Part shown: in pieces, positions 1 through 8,254 of the stretch | Numbering within the stretch: the stretch's first letter is position 1 | Layout of the letters: every line of letters begins with the position of its first letter | NCBI GenBank assembly: GCA_003557605.1 | Contig: PWNW01000380.1 | Location: 1 to 40,907, forward strand | DNA from: Spirochaetaceae bacterium | Lineage (GTDB): Bacteria; Spirochaetota; Spirochaetia; PWKH01 | Direction: 5' to 3' | Length of the DNA: 40,907 bases | Notes under the pieces: model-generated | What the model saw: only the letters and a program-made list of their open reading frames with translations | The model's database searches: none | What the model was told of the DNA's origin: nothing | Program-made: the position numbers and the translations under genes

Positions 1-357
1 GACATCAGCAGCCTGCGCGGAACTGTGATAACAAAGATCATCATTCCCGATATTGATCTTCCGGTCCTGCAGAAACGGTTTTCCCGTTCTTCGCAAGGAA
101 AGGCTGCTCTCACTGCTGCGGTGTCACTGGGACATGAGCTGAAGGTGTTTGCATCTGCATACCGTACCGGACTGGTGCGGCTGCACAAGGTCGAAGAGGC
201 CGCAGCAGATCATGGGAATGAACAGCAGATTATACGGGCTGTTCAAGCGTGTTTTTTCCCCGAGGACGACATTTCCGGGACCTCATCCTACAAGCAGTAC
301 CTTGCAGGAACAGCAGTTTCGATGTTTCTTCAGGAACTGAGGCGAAATGGAGGATAA
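1..357 (+). CDS. FAD-binding subunit of a xanthine-dehydrogenase-family enzyme (YgfM-like), C-terminal fragment; 5' end lies outside the window
   Basis: Frame 1 is open from base 1; the tracker starts the ORF at an internal GTG at 25. The C-terminal stretch EDDISGTSSYKQYLAGTAVSMFLQEL resembles the C-terminal domain of CO-dehydrogenase/XDH flavoprotein subunits. The TAA stop at 355-357 sits in the RBS region of the following Mo-hydroxylase gene. Confidence 0.6.
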   Translation, partial: DISSLRGTVITKIIIPDIDLPVLQKRFSRSSQGKAALTAAVSLGHELKVFASAYRTGLVRLHKVEEAAADHGNEQQIIRAVQACFFPEDDISGTSSYKQYLAGTAVSMFLQELRRNGG

Positions 358-361
358 GCAC

Positions 362-1321
362 ATGTCAGTACATCTTACGATAAACGGAATACCAAAAACT
401 GTTCACGGTGATCTGCATGAAAACCTGCAGAAGGTGCTGAAGCGTGAAGGGTACAGGACCGTGCGCAGCAGCGATGACGGTGACGGGTTTGCGGGCAGCG
501 ACACAGTTTTAGTTGACGGAACCCCGGCATTTGCTTCACTGATGGTGCTCGGGCAGGCTGCAGGACGGGAGATCACTACGGCGGAGTCCCTCATGAAGGG
601 GCGAAGACTTTCTGTCATACAGCAGGCCCTGGTTGATTCCGGGGTGGTGCAGTCGGGATATAATATACCCGCCGCCGCGCTGGTGCTGGAGGAGCTCTTC
701 TCCCGTACCCAGTCCCCGACCCGTGAAGAGGCTGCTGATGCCCTTTCCGGGATATTTATTCGTGATGCGGGATATGTGCAGTTTTTTCATGCGGTGGAGC
801 TTGCTGCACAGCGGCTGAAGGACCCCTCCTATGTGACAGAAACAGCCCCGGAATTCCGGGATGATCTTCGCCATGTGGGGAAAGTTCGGGAAAAAGTTGA
901 TGCCCGGAAGCTTGCGGCGGGAATGAAGGCCTACGTGGAGGATTTTGTTGATCCCGATGCCTGCTTCATGCGGATGCTCAGAAGCCCCCATGCCCATGCA
1001 TATATTGCCTCCATTGACGTCTCCCAGGCTGAAGCAATGCCTGGAGTTCTTGCGGTGATTACCCATGAGAACTGTCCTGACGTGTATTACGGCCAGGCTG
1101 GGCAGGGATTTCCTGAACCTTCCCCCTATGACCGGAGAATGTTCAACCGAAAGGTGCGTCATGCGGGTGACCGGGTTGCTGCAGTGGTTGCTGAAACTGA
1201 TGAGATTGCCCTGGAGGCACTGAAGAAGATTTCTGTGAAGTATGACGTGCTTAAACCGGTGATGACCATTGAAGCTGCCAAGGCGCCGGATGCCCCGATC
1301 ATTCACAACAGCGTGGTGTAA
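362..1321 (+). CDS. xdhD: XdhD-type molybdenum hydroxylase, N-terminal segment (cysteine-less 2Fe-2S-like domains plus a/b-hammerhead); ends at an in-frame TAA
   Basis: ATG 362 lies 7 nt after GGAGGA (350-355). MSVHLTINGIP...SSDDGDGFAGSDTVLVDG...VVQSGYNIPAAAL...LSGIFIRDAGY follows the layout of XDH/aldehyde-oxidoreductase Fe-S domains. MLRSPHAHAYIASIDVSQAEAMPGVLAVITHEN is the typical hammerhead domain. TAA 1319-1321 is in frame with ORF 1388..3235. Confidence 0.75.
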   Translation: MSVHLTINGIPKTVHGDLHENLQKVLKREGYRTVRSSDDGDGFAGSDTVLVDGTPAFASLMVLGQAAGREITTAESLMKGRRLSVIQQALVDSGVVQSGYNIPAAALVLEELFSRTQSPTREEAADALSGIFIRDAGYVQFFHAVELAAQRLKDPSYVTETAPEFRDDLRHVGKVREKVDARKLAAGMKAYVEDFVDPDACFMRMLRSPHAHAYIASIDVSQAEAMPGVLAVITHENCPDVYYGQAGQGFPEPSPYDRRMFNRKVRHAGDRVAAVVAETDEIALEALKKISVKYDVLKPVMTIEAAKAPDAPIIHNSVV

Positions 1322-1387
1322 TATGCTGCCGGTGCTCCTGAAGACCTTGATGCCTATAACAAAACTGCTGATCCCCGGGACGGAAAA

Positions 1388-3235
1388 GTGGTGTACCAGT
1401 TTCCCATCGGTGCTGATCCCCATGCGAATATTGCTGCTTCGGTGAGCGGCGGCATCGGAGATATTGAACTTGGCTTTTCCCAGGCTGACAAGGTGATTGA
1501 ACGTACCTACCGATCGAGCCAGGTGCAGTGCACTCCTCTTGAGACCCATGTGGCATATACAAAGATGGAGGGAGACCGTCTGGTTATTCACGCATCAACC
1601 CAGGTGCCGTGGCACCTGAGGAGGATCCTTGCAGCGGTGCTGGGGATCAATGAAAACAAGGTGCGTGTAATTAAGGAGCGTGTCGGAGGCGGGTACGGGT
1701 CCAAGCAGGATATTCTGCTTGAGGATGTGTGCGCCTACGGAACCTGGATCACCGGTCGTCCGGTTTATTTCCGCTACACCAGGGAGGAGGAGTTCATTGC
1801 CAACAGCACCCGTCATGTGATGGACATCACGGTGAAGCTCGGAGCGGATGCAGAGGGAAAGATTACGGCCATGTACATGAACGTAGAGGCCAGCACCGGT
1901 CCCTACGGCAATCACTGCCTCACCGTACCGATGAACGCTTGTTCTAAATCACTTCCCCTGATCATCTGCGATCATGTGAAGTTTGACGTAACCACCTATT
2001 ACGGGAATATCCCGCCAACTGGCGCATACCAGGGGTACGGCGCTCCCAAGGGTTCCTTCGCCTTGATGACCGCCATGGCGGAACTGGCTGAAGAGCTTGG
2101 CATCGACTATCTGGAGCTGATTGAAAAGAACCGGGTGAGGGAGGGCACCATGCTGGAGATACTTAAGTGTCTCGGAGAGGGACGCGAGGGATCTGCGGCA
2201 CCTGTTGAAAGCTGCGGCCTTGATGAAGCATTGCGTCGGGGCCTTGAACTGATGAACTGGGACGAGAAGCCCGTAAGCGACGATGAAGACATCCGCATTG
2301 GGCGGGGTTTTGCCATTATCCAGCAGGGGTCAGGGCTGCCGGGGCTGGACCATTCCTGCGCATATATTCGGATGCTTGCCGACGGGACCTTTATGCTCCA
2401 TTCCGGCGGGGCGGACCTGGGAACAGGGCTTGATACCGTATCGGTGAAGTTTGCCGCAGAACAGCTGTGCGTCGACATGGACCGGATATCGATTATTTCA
2501 GGTGATACCGACACCACACCTTTTGATACCGGTGCATATGCATCAAGCGGCACCTATTTTTCCGGCAGCGCCTCCATGGAGGCCGCCAGGGACTTAAAAA
2601 CAAAGATCCTGCAGACTGCGGCTAAGATCCTCAAGGAGGATACTGGCGGCCTTCAGGTTCAGTACCCTGGGGTGGTCCGGGGTGAGGGCGGAGAGGTCTC
2701 CTTTCTTGATATCGCCAGGGCTGCCCAGTCGGGGGAGGGTGACGGTGAGCTGATGGGGTATGCATCATTTACTACCGAGAACTTTTCGTTCCCCTACGGG
2801 GCCCATTTCTGTCAGGTTGCTGTTCATATGAAGACCGGAGAGATTGAAGTTCAGAAGTATTATGCGCTTCAGGACTGCGGCACTCCGGTGAATCCCGATC
2901 TGGCCCTTGGTCAGATATACGGAGGTGTGCTGAAGACCATCGGCCACAGCCTCTATGAGCAGATGCAGTTTGATTCCCGCGGAGTGTGCGTAAATCCTGT
3001 CCTCAAGGATTACGGAGTTCCGATGATCGGTGACCTGCCGAAGGATTTTCAGGCCCATCTGATATACACCGAAGATCCCTACGGCCCCTACGGCGCCAAG
3101 TCAATTTCTGAAGTCAGCTGCAACGGTGCTTCACCGGCCCTGGCTTCAGCGATTCATGATGCTGCGGGAGTCTGGATCAGAGAGTGGCCCTTTACTCCGG
3201 AGAAGATTCTGCGGGGTTTGGGAAAGATTACCTGA
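1388..3235 (+). CDS. xdhD: XdhD-type molybdenum hydroxylase, molybdopterin-binding segment; same frame as 362..1321, so the pair may be one gene with an internal stop (possible pseudogene)
   Basis: Motifs present: ERVGGGYGSKQD, YQGYGAPKGSFA, SGDTDTTPFDTGAYASSGTYFSG, DCGTPVNPDLALGQIYGGVLKTIGHSLYE, and GAKSISE (catalytic Glu region). The 22 codons 1322-1387 upstream are open in the same frame. Confidence 0.75.
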   Translation: MVYQFPIGADPHANIAASVSGGIGDIELGFSQADKVIERTYRSSQVQCTPLETHVAYTKMEGDRLVIHASTQVPWHLRRILAAVLGINENKVRVIKERVGGGYGSKQDILLEDVCAYGTWITGRPVYFRYTREEEFIANSTRHVMDITVKLGADAEGKITAMYMNVEASTGPYGNHCLTVPMNACSKSLPLIICDHVKFDVTTYYGNIPPTGAYQGYGAPKGSFALMTAMAELAEELGIDYLELIEKNRVREGTMLEILKCLGEGREGSAAPVESCGLDEALRRGLELMNWDEKPVSDDEDIRIGRGFAIIQQGSGLPGLDHSCAYIRMLADGTFMLHSGGADLGTGLDTVSVKFAAEQLCVDMDRISIISGDTDTTPFDTGAYASSGTYFSGSASMEAARDLKTKILQTAAKILKEDTGGLQVQYPGVVRGEGGEVSFLDIARAAQSGEGDGELMGYASFTTENFSFPYGAHFCQVAVHMKTGEIEVQKYYALQDCGTPVNPDLALGQIYGGVLKTIGHSLYEQMQFDSRGVCVNPVLKDYGVPMIGDLPKDFQAHLIYTEDPYGPYGAKSISEVSCNGASPALASAIHDAAGVWIREWPFTPEKILRGLGKIT

Positions 3236-3279
3236 GTTCGCGGTAAGCGGACCAATGACATAAGGAGAACAGGAGTACC

Positions 3280-4476
3280 ATGAATACAAAACAGGTTACA
3301 GACATGATAAGTCTGCTGGAATCGCTTGATACCGGGCAGATGTACCTCGGCGATTTTTTCCATACGTGGAAAAAACTTGATGATGAAATTACTGCGGTCT
3401 TTCAGACTGCAGAAATCCTTCGGGCGCTGCGGGAGATGAATATTTCCACCAGACTCTTTGACAGCGGACTGGGAATTTCCATTTTTCGTGACAACTCTAC
3501 ACGGACCCGGTTCAGTTATGCCAGTGCATGCAATATGCTAGGCCTGGAAGTTCAGGACCTTGATGAAAAGACCAGTCAAATTGCCCATGGCGAGACCGTC
3601 AGGGAAACGGCCAATATGATATCTTTCATGGCCGACGTAATCGGCATCAGGGATGATATGTATATCGGGAAGGGACATCGGTACATGCAGGAAGTTGCTG
3701 ATTCTGTGCAGGAAGGATTCGATGACGGCGTCCTGGAACAGAGGCCGTCGGTGGTAAACCTGCAGTGCGATGTTGACCATCCTACCCAGTCCATGGCAGA
3801 TATGCTTCATGTGATCAACTACTTCGGGGGAATTGAGAACCTGAAGGGAAAAAAAATTGCCATGACCTGGGCGTATTCACCGTCCTACGGAAAGCCGCTG
3901 TCGGTGCCTCAGGGAATCATAGGGCTGTTTACCCGATTTGGTATGGACGTGGTGCTCGCCCATCCTGAAGGATACAATGTGATGCAGGATGTTGAACAGA
4001 CAGCGTTGAAGCAGGCAGAGGCAAGCGGCGGCAGGTATCAGCGGGTTTCTTCCATGGAGGAGGCCTTTACGAATGCTGATATCGTGTATCCAAAAAGCTG
4101 GGCTCCCTTTGCAGTTATGGAAGAGCGCACATCCCTTGTTGAAGAGGGTAAATGGGATGACTTGAAAGCTTTGGAGCAGCGTTGTCTTACCGAAAATGCG
4201 AAATACAAACACTGGGAATGCACTGAAGACCTGATGAAGCAGACCAAGGATGGAAAAGCGCTGTATATGCACTGCCTTCCCGCAGATATCTCAGGGGTCA
4301 GCTGCACTGAGGGCGAGGTTGCTGCTTCAGTGTTTGAGCGGTACCGGGTCCCCTTGTACAAGGAGGCAAGCTACAAGCCCTACATTATTGCTTCCATGAT
4401 TCTGCTCAGCAGGTTCGAAAACCCCGCAGAAAAGCTGTCAATGCTTCTTGAGAATGCACAGCTAAGGGTACGGTAA
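3280..4476 (+). CDS. ygeW: YgeW-type (knotted) carbamoyltransferase
   Basis: AAGGAG RBS precedes the ATG. The product is 398 aa. Motifs FRDNSTRTRFSYASA, IAHGETVRETANMISF, NLQCDVDHPTQSMADM, KIAMTWAYSPSYGKPLSVPQGIIGL and YMHCLPADISGVSC closely track E. coli YgeW as I recall it. Confidence 0.9.
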   Translation: MNTKQVTDMISLLESLDTGQMYLGDFFHTWKKLDDEITAVFQTAEILRALREMNISTRLFDSGLGISIFRDNSTRTRFSYASACNMLGLEVQDLDEKTSQIAHGETVRETANMISFMADVIGIRDDMYIGKGHRYMQEVADSVQEGFDDGVLEQRPSVVNLQCDVDHPTQSMADMLHVINYFGGIENLKGKKIAMTWAYSPSYGKPLSVPQGIIGLFTRFGMDVVLAHPEGYNVMQDVEQTALKQAEASGGRYQRVSSMEEAFTNADIVYPKSWAPFAVMEERTSLVEEGKWDDLKALEQRCLTENAKYKHWECTEDLMKQTKDGKALYMHCLPADISGVSCTEGEVAASVFERYRVPLYKEASYKPYIIASMILLSRFENPAEKLSMLLENAQLRVR

Positions 4477-4485
4477 CACAGAGTC

Positions 4486-4520
4486 GGCCCGGTCTACAAT
4501 ATGCACCGGGCCTGCTTTTT
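4486..4520 (+). terminator. Rho-independent terminator after ygeW
   Basis: GGCCCGGT (4486-4493) pairs with ACCGGGCC (4505-4512) across an 11-nt loop and is followed by TGCTTTTT. It overlaps the 3' end of the convergent gene 4494..4988. Confidence 0.6.
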
Positions 4521-4988
4521 ATAAGAGGGGTAATCACTGAAGAGTTTCGGAAACAACACCGCATCCTCAATGAGAATAACTGTCAAGTTCAGGAGAATGC
4601 ACCAGAGCATTAAGAGAAGCACCTCCTGGGAGAAGTACATGACGGCAATGAGCAGGTGAACTGCAGTGTACCATATCCAGCCGGGATGCCGGACATATCG
4701 GTAGGTGCCCTTCCGGTAGGCTGTACCGTCCTTCGGGGCAAACAGCATGAGTTCTATGAACACCGAATATATCATCAGGGCAGAAAAGATGATCACCCCG
4801 GTCCAGAGAACAGCAGAGATCACAGAGCCTGCAGAGGAATCATGGATGACTGCCGCTGAAACAGGAGGAAGGGCTGTAAGGGGAAATCCGAGAAAAGATG
4901 CGGCACGCACCAGTTTTGGTAATTTATATATCTGAGTGATATCATATAAAATAACGAGAAAATATGCAGCAGCAGCTGCTGTGTACAA
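4494..4988 (-). CDS. Small polytopic membrane protein, isoprenylcysteine carboxyl methyltransferase (ICMT)/phospholipid methyltransferase-like family
   Basis: The 164-aa product has about 4-5 hydrophobic helices. The motif GTYRYVRHPGWIWY matches the G-x-Y-x-x-V-R-H-P-x-Y signature of this family. Confidence 0.6.
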   Translation of the reverse strand: MYTAAAAAYFLVILYDITQIYKLPKLVRAASFLGFPLTALPPVSAAVIHDSSAGSVISAVLWTGVIIFSALMIYSVFIELMLFAPKDGTAYRKGTYRYVRHPGWIWYTAVHLLIAVMYFSQEVLLLMLWCILLNLTVILIEDAVLFPKLFSDYPSYKKQARCIL

Positions 4989-4996
4989 AATTACAT

Positions 4997-5025
4997 TGCT
5001 AATATGCCGGTTTCCTTATACTATG
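4997..5025 (+). promoter_or_regulatory. Candidate sigma70-type promoter for the histidine kinase gene
   Basis: TTGCTA (4997-5002), a 17-nt spacer, then TACTAT (5020-5025). This is pattern recognition only. Confidence 0.3.
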
Positions 5026-5064
5026 TACATAATCCTTAAACTCTTGTAGGAATACTATAAAGTG

Positions 5065-8000
5065 ATGTATTTTGGTTTGTCAACAATCAGCCAGCTTATT
5101 CCAGCTTCAGCCAGTATATTATATATCTGTTTTGCGGTGTTCGGGTTTTTTCAGTATAACAAGAAAGACTATTTCTGGTCCTTTCAGCTCTATGTAGTGC
5201 TTCTTGCGGTATGGAGCTTCTGTTCCTTTATGATGCGTTCGGGAATTGACATCATGACCCCGCTGTTCTGGAACCGCATCATGCTCATCGGCATGCTCAG
5301 CACCCCCTTTGCTCTGGTGCATTCCATCGTGGACACCATAGGAATTCGCAGCTTACTTATTCGGAGAATTGCACGGACTTCGTATGTACTGATTATTCCG
5401 CTGATGTACTTAAACTTTACCGGCAGGGTGGTCCTCAGTGCTGTCTTTGAAGATGGAATGTTCATCTACCAGCTTGGAAGCGGTTCTTTTTCAGCCTATC
5501 TCACAAGCTATCTCTATCTGCTTCTTATGATTGTACTTATGTTTAAAGAGCTGAGACGTCGTGAATACACCAGGAGAACTAAGGCTCTGTTTCGGATGTA
5601 TATGCTCGGACTTGGAATCATGCTGGGAGGTATACTTCTCAATCTTGATGAGGAGATAGGAAAATACCCCTTTGATATCCTGGCATCGATGATAAACGCT
5701 ATGATCCTGTTCTACGGTGTGTACCGGTATCGGTTAGTTTCCTATACGAAAATAGGTTTTAAAATTCTCTCCATAGCTCTGCTGCTGGTAGTTACATCCC
5801 TGGTCTTTTTTATTGTGTTGCTGCTGGCAAGTCCGATGGTTCCATTTGTGACAAATGAAAACAAGATTATCCTCTCCCTTTTAATGGGGTCTGTTACGGT
5901 GTTAATTGTCTATCCCATACGATATGCAGCAGCCATGCTGATAGATCTGGTCATTATTCCCAGACGTCACCCCTACCAGCAGAAAATCAGGGAATTCAGC
6001 CAGAAGCTTAATACTATCATTGACCTTGATACCCTAGGCAGCCAGGTGATACAAAGCCTTACATCGGGCATACATGTTGACTGGGTTGTCTGTTTGGTCA
6101 GGCCCTATCGTGGCAGCGCATCTGATAACCAGTTCATACTGTTGAGCACCTACGGGTATGACGGTCCGGTGAAGGTAAATGATACCGTTGAAATCACCGT
6201 AGGTGAGCAAACAACTGTCCAGATCGAAGGGATGAAAAAATATTCGACCTCAAGACTGCTTGTGTCCCGTGATACCTACGGCGGATATCTCTTCCACAGG
6301 GATTTTCCTGAAGCAAACATACTTATCCCCCTAATATTCAAAGGGGAAGTAAACGGATATATTGCCATTGGGGCTCCATGGGAAAGCAAAATCTATTCCC
6401 AGTATGAACAGGAGGCGCTTGAAATCCTTGCGGGTCAGTGCTCCCTTTCGGTGAACAATGCAATCTCTTTTGAACGAATTAAAGCACAGGGGAATGAACT
6501 GATTATCAGCAATACGAAACTTGAATCAATCTTCAACGGCATTGGAACACCCCTTGCTCTTACAGATATTGATTTTTCCATTATTGAAGTGAATAATGCC
6601 GCAGTAACCTTCATCGGGAGAAGAAGAGAAGACATTATCGGTGAGAAATGCTATAAGCTGTTTTTCAGCTGCTCCAAGGCCTGCGGGTTCTGCCGGGCAC
6701 CTGAGTCTCTGCGGATTGGACATAGAGCTGAAGGAGAAGCTGTTGTTGAAGGCAGGACCTATTCTCTTCAGTTTCATCCGGTGAAAATACTTCATAATTC
6801 AAGGCAGGTGTTTCTGGAAATCATCCAGGATGTTTCTGAAGAAAAGAAAATGCAGGAAGAGCTGATGGTTTCTGCTAAGATGGCGGAGATAGGTTCTCTT
6901 GCTGCTGGAATAACCCATGACCTCAACAATCCGTTATATGGAATAACCGGGACTGCTGAACTGATGATGACGAAGCTGGAAAAGGACTCTCCTCACCTGG
7001 AATATCTGCAGGACATTCTCCAGTATTCACAAAGTGCAGTTGATGTAGTCCGGGAAATTTCCCTGTATGCACGGGATGAGCAGCGGGATGCTGACAGAGA
7101 TTTGATCGAGGTGATTGATGCGCTTGAATTCTCACTGAAGCTTGCAGCCAGGGGAATGGATTTTTCTGAAATAGAGATTGTCCGGAATTATATCGACTCT
7201 CCGTCAGTAAGGATCAACTCAGGGGAACTTCAGCAGGTATACCTGAACATTATTATGAACGCTCTTCAGGCGATGGGGGGAAAAGGTGTGCTCGCCCTTA
7301 CGGTCCAGGAATCCTACGGAGTTGTATACATCACCATCAATGATACTGGTCCAGGAATACCCAAGGAACACCTGAATCAGGTGTTTACGCCCTTTTTTAC
7401 CACAAAGAACCCGGGAGAGGGTACTGGGCTCGGACTTTCAAACTGCTTCAGAATCGTCAATAAGCATTTTGGACGGATCAGTGTAGAAAGCGAGGAGGGG
7501 AAGGGTGCATCATTTACCATTTTCTTTCCCTCCCAGGAGACAAGCAGCGAACAAATCCGCTTTGTGCTTGCAGAAAAGCAGCACCATATCAACGATGTGT
7601 TCTTTATCCAGCGGAAAGTGCTTATTGGGGAAAAGGGATATATTGAGGAGACTATTCACAGACATGTGGATGATAAAGCTGTGCATCTGCTTGCCTACAA
7701 GGGAGTCGAACCGGTTGGAACTGTTTCCCTGGTCATGACGAAGGATGTCTCGCCCCTGCCGGTACAGACCTATTTTGATGCCGAGAAATATTTTGAGGAC
7801 AAGGAGCATGCAGGTGAGATCATTCGTCTGGCGGTGGTGCCGGAAATGCGAAATACCCTGGTTTCTCTGGGACTGGTCTCCCTGATATTTCTCTATGGAC
7901 GCTCCCAGGGAATGCGGGAAGTGGTAATCGACTGCTTTTCCAATGATGTGAAAAATATAGAAATGTATAAAAAATTCGGATTTGAGATCATTGGTGAATA

Positions 8001-8211
8001 TACCTCCCCGTCATCAGTCACGGTGATGATCCAGCGTTACGGCACACCCCATGAGCGGGATGCAGAAAAGCGGTCACGGTTTCTGGCTCCTATGTTTAGA
8101 AGGCTCTACACCATGTTTGACTTCGGGGAAAAACACCAGTCGGTGATTGAAGAAATGAGAAAAATCATTCCGGAAATCGGTAGAGAATCAGAGAACGGGA
8201 AAGCTGAATAG
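5065..8211 (+). CDS. Multi-TM sensor histidine kinase (7TM-like N-terminus, GAF-like, Cys-rich PAS, HisKA, HATPase_c) fused to a C-terminal GNAT-superfamily acyltransferase-like domain
   Basis: The first ~290 aa are strongly hydrophobic. The PAS-like segment carries CYKLFFSCSKACGFC. Kinase motifs: H-box EIGSLAAGITHDLNNPL, N-box LNIIMNALQAM, G1 NDTGPGIP, F-box FTPFFTTK, G2 GTGLGLS. A further ~165 aa follows (VFFIQRKVLIGEKGY...VHLLAY...GTVSLV...GEIIRLAVVPEMRN...MYKKFGFEIIGEY). The start is ambiguous between GTG 5062 and ATG 5065. Confidence 0.85.
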   Translation: MYFGLSTISQLIPASASILYICFAVFGFFQYNKKDYFWSFQLYVVLLAVWSFCSFMMRSGIDIMTPLFWNRIMLIGMLSTPFALVHSIVDTIGIRSLLIRRIARTSYVLIIPLMYLNFTGRVVLSAVFEDGMFIYQLGSGSFSAYLTSYLYLLLMIVLMFKELRRREYTRRTKALFRMYMLGLGIMLGGILLNLDEEIGKYPFDILASMINAMILFYGVYRYRLVSYTKIGFKILSIALLLVVTSLVFFIVLLLASPMVPFVTNENKIILSLLMGSVTVLIVYPIRYAAAMLIDLVIIPRRHPYQQKIREFSQKLNTIIDLDTLGSQVIQSLTSGIHVDWVVCLVRPYRGSASDNQFILLSTYGYDGPVKVNDTVEITVGEQTTVQIEGMKKYSTSRLLVSRDTYGGYLFHRDFPEANILIPLIFKGEVNGYIAIGAPWESKIYSQYEQEALEILAGQCSLSVNNAISFERIKAQGNELIISNTKLESIFNGIGTPLALTDIDFSIIEVNNAAVTFIGRRREDIIGEKCYKLFFSCSKACGFCRAPESLRIGHRAEGEAVVEGRTYSLQFHPVKILHNSRQVFLEIIQDVSEEKKMQEELMVSAKMAEIGSLAAGITHDLNNPLYGITGTAELMMTKLEKDSPHLEYLQDILQYSQSAVDVVREISLYARDEQRDADRDLIEVIDALEFSLKLAARGMDFSEIEIVRNYIDSPSVRINSGELQQVYLNIIMNALQAMGGKGVLALTVQESYGVVYITINDTGPGIPKEHLNQVFTPFFTTKNPGEGTGLGLSNCFRIVNKHFGRISVESEEGKGASFTIFFPSQETSSEQIRFVLAEKQHHINDVFFIQRKVLIGEKGYIEETIHRHVDDKAVHLLAYKGVEPVGTVSLVMTKDVSPLPVQTYFDAEKYFEDKEHAGEIIRLAVVPEMRNTLVSLGLVSLIFLYGRSQGMREVVIDCFSNDVKNIEMYKKFGFEIIGEYTSPSSVTVMIQRYGTPHERDAEKRSRFLAPMFRRLYTMFDFGEKHQSVIEEMRKIIPEIGRESENGKAE

Positions 8212-8242
8212 CAGCCCGGGAAAAATCCCCGGACTGCTGTTT
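8210..8242. terminator. Hairpin between the convergent kinase and permease genes (probably a bidirectional terminator)
   Basis: AGCAGCCCGGG (8210-8220) pairs with CCCCGGACTGCT (8227-8238) with one bulge, followed by GTTT. Confidence 0.45.
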
Positions 8243-8254
8243 CATATACGTCTG

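Noticed and set aside
1319-1321. The internal xdhD stop might be a selenocysteine or genetic-code recoding site.
   Set aside because: The codon is TAA, not TGA. TAA also terminates bona fide genes in this window, such as ygeW, the YgfM-like gene and hflK, so reassignment is not supported.
536-1591. A 351-aa ORF on the minus strand spans the xdhD internal stop.
   Set aside because: It lies antisense to a strongly motif-bearing coding frame. Its translation is low-complexity (His/Arg/Ser/Gly/Leu-rich) with no recognisable motif. This is a typical shadow ORF of a moderately GC-rich gene.
4983-5032. TGTACA palindromes (4983-4988, and 5026-5031 within TATGTACATA, plus another at 9598-9603) might form a shared operator in the kinase and purine intergenic regions.
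   Set aside because: A 6-mer palindrome in A+T-rich intergenic DNA is expected by chance at this frequency. Without genome-wide enrichment data it is not supportable.
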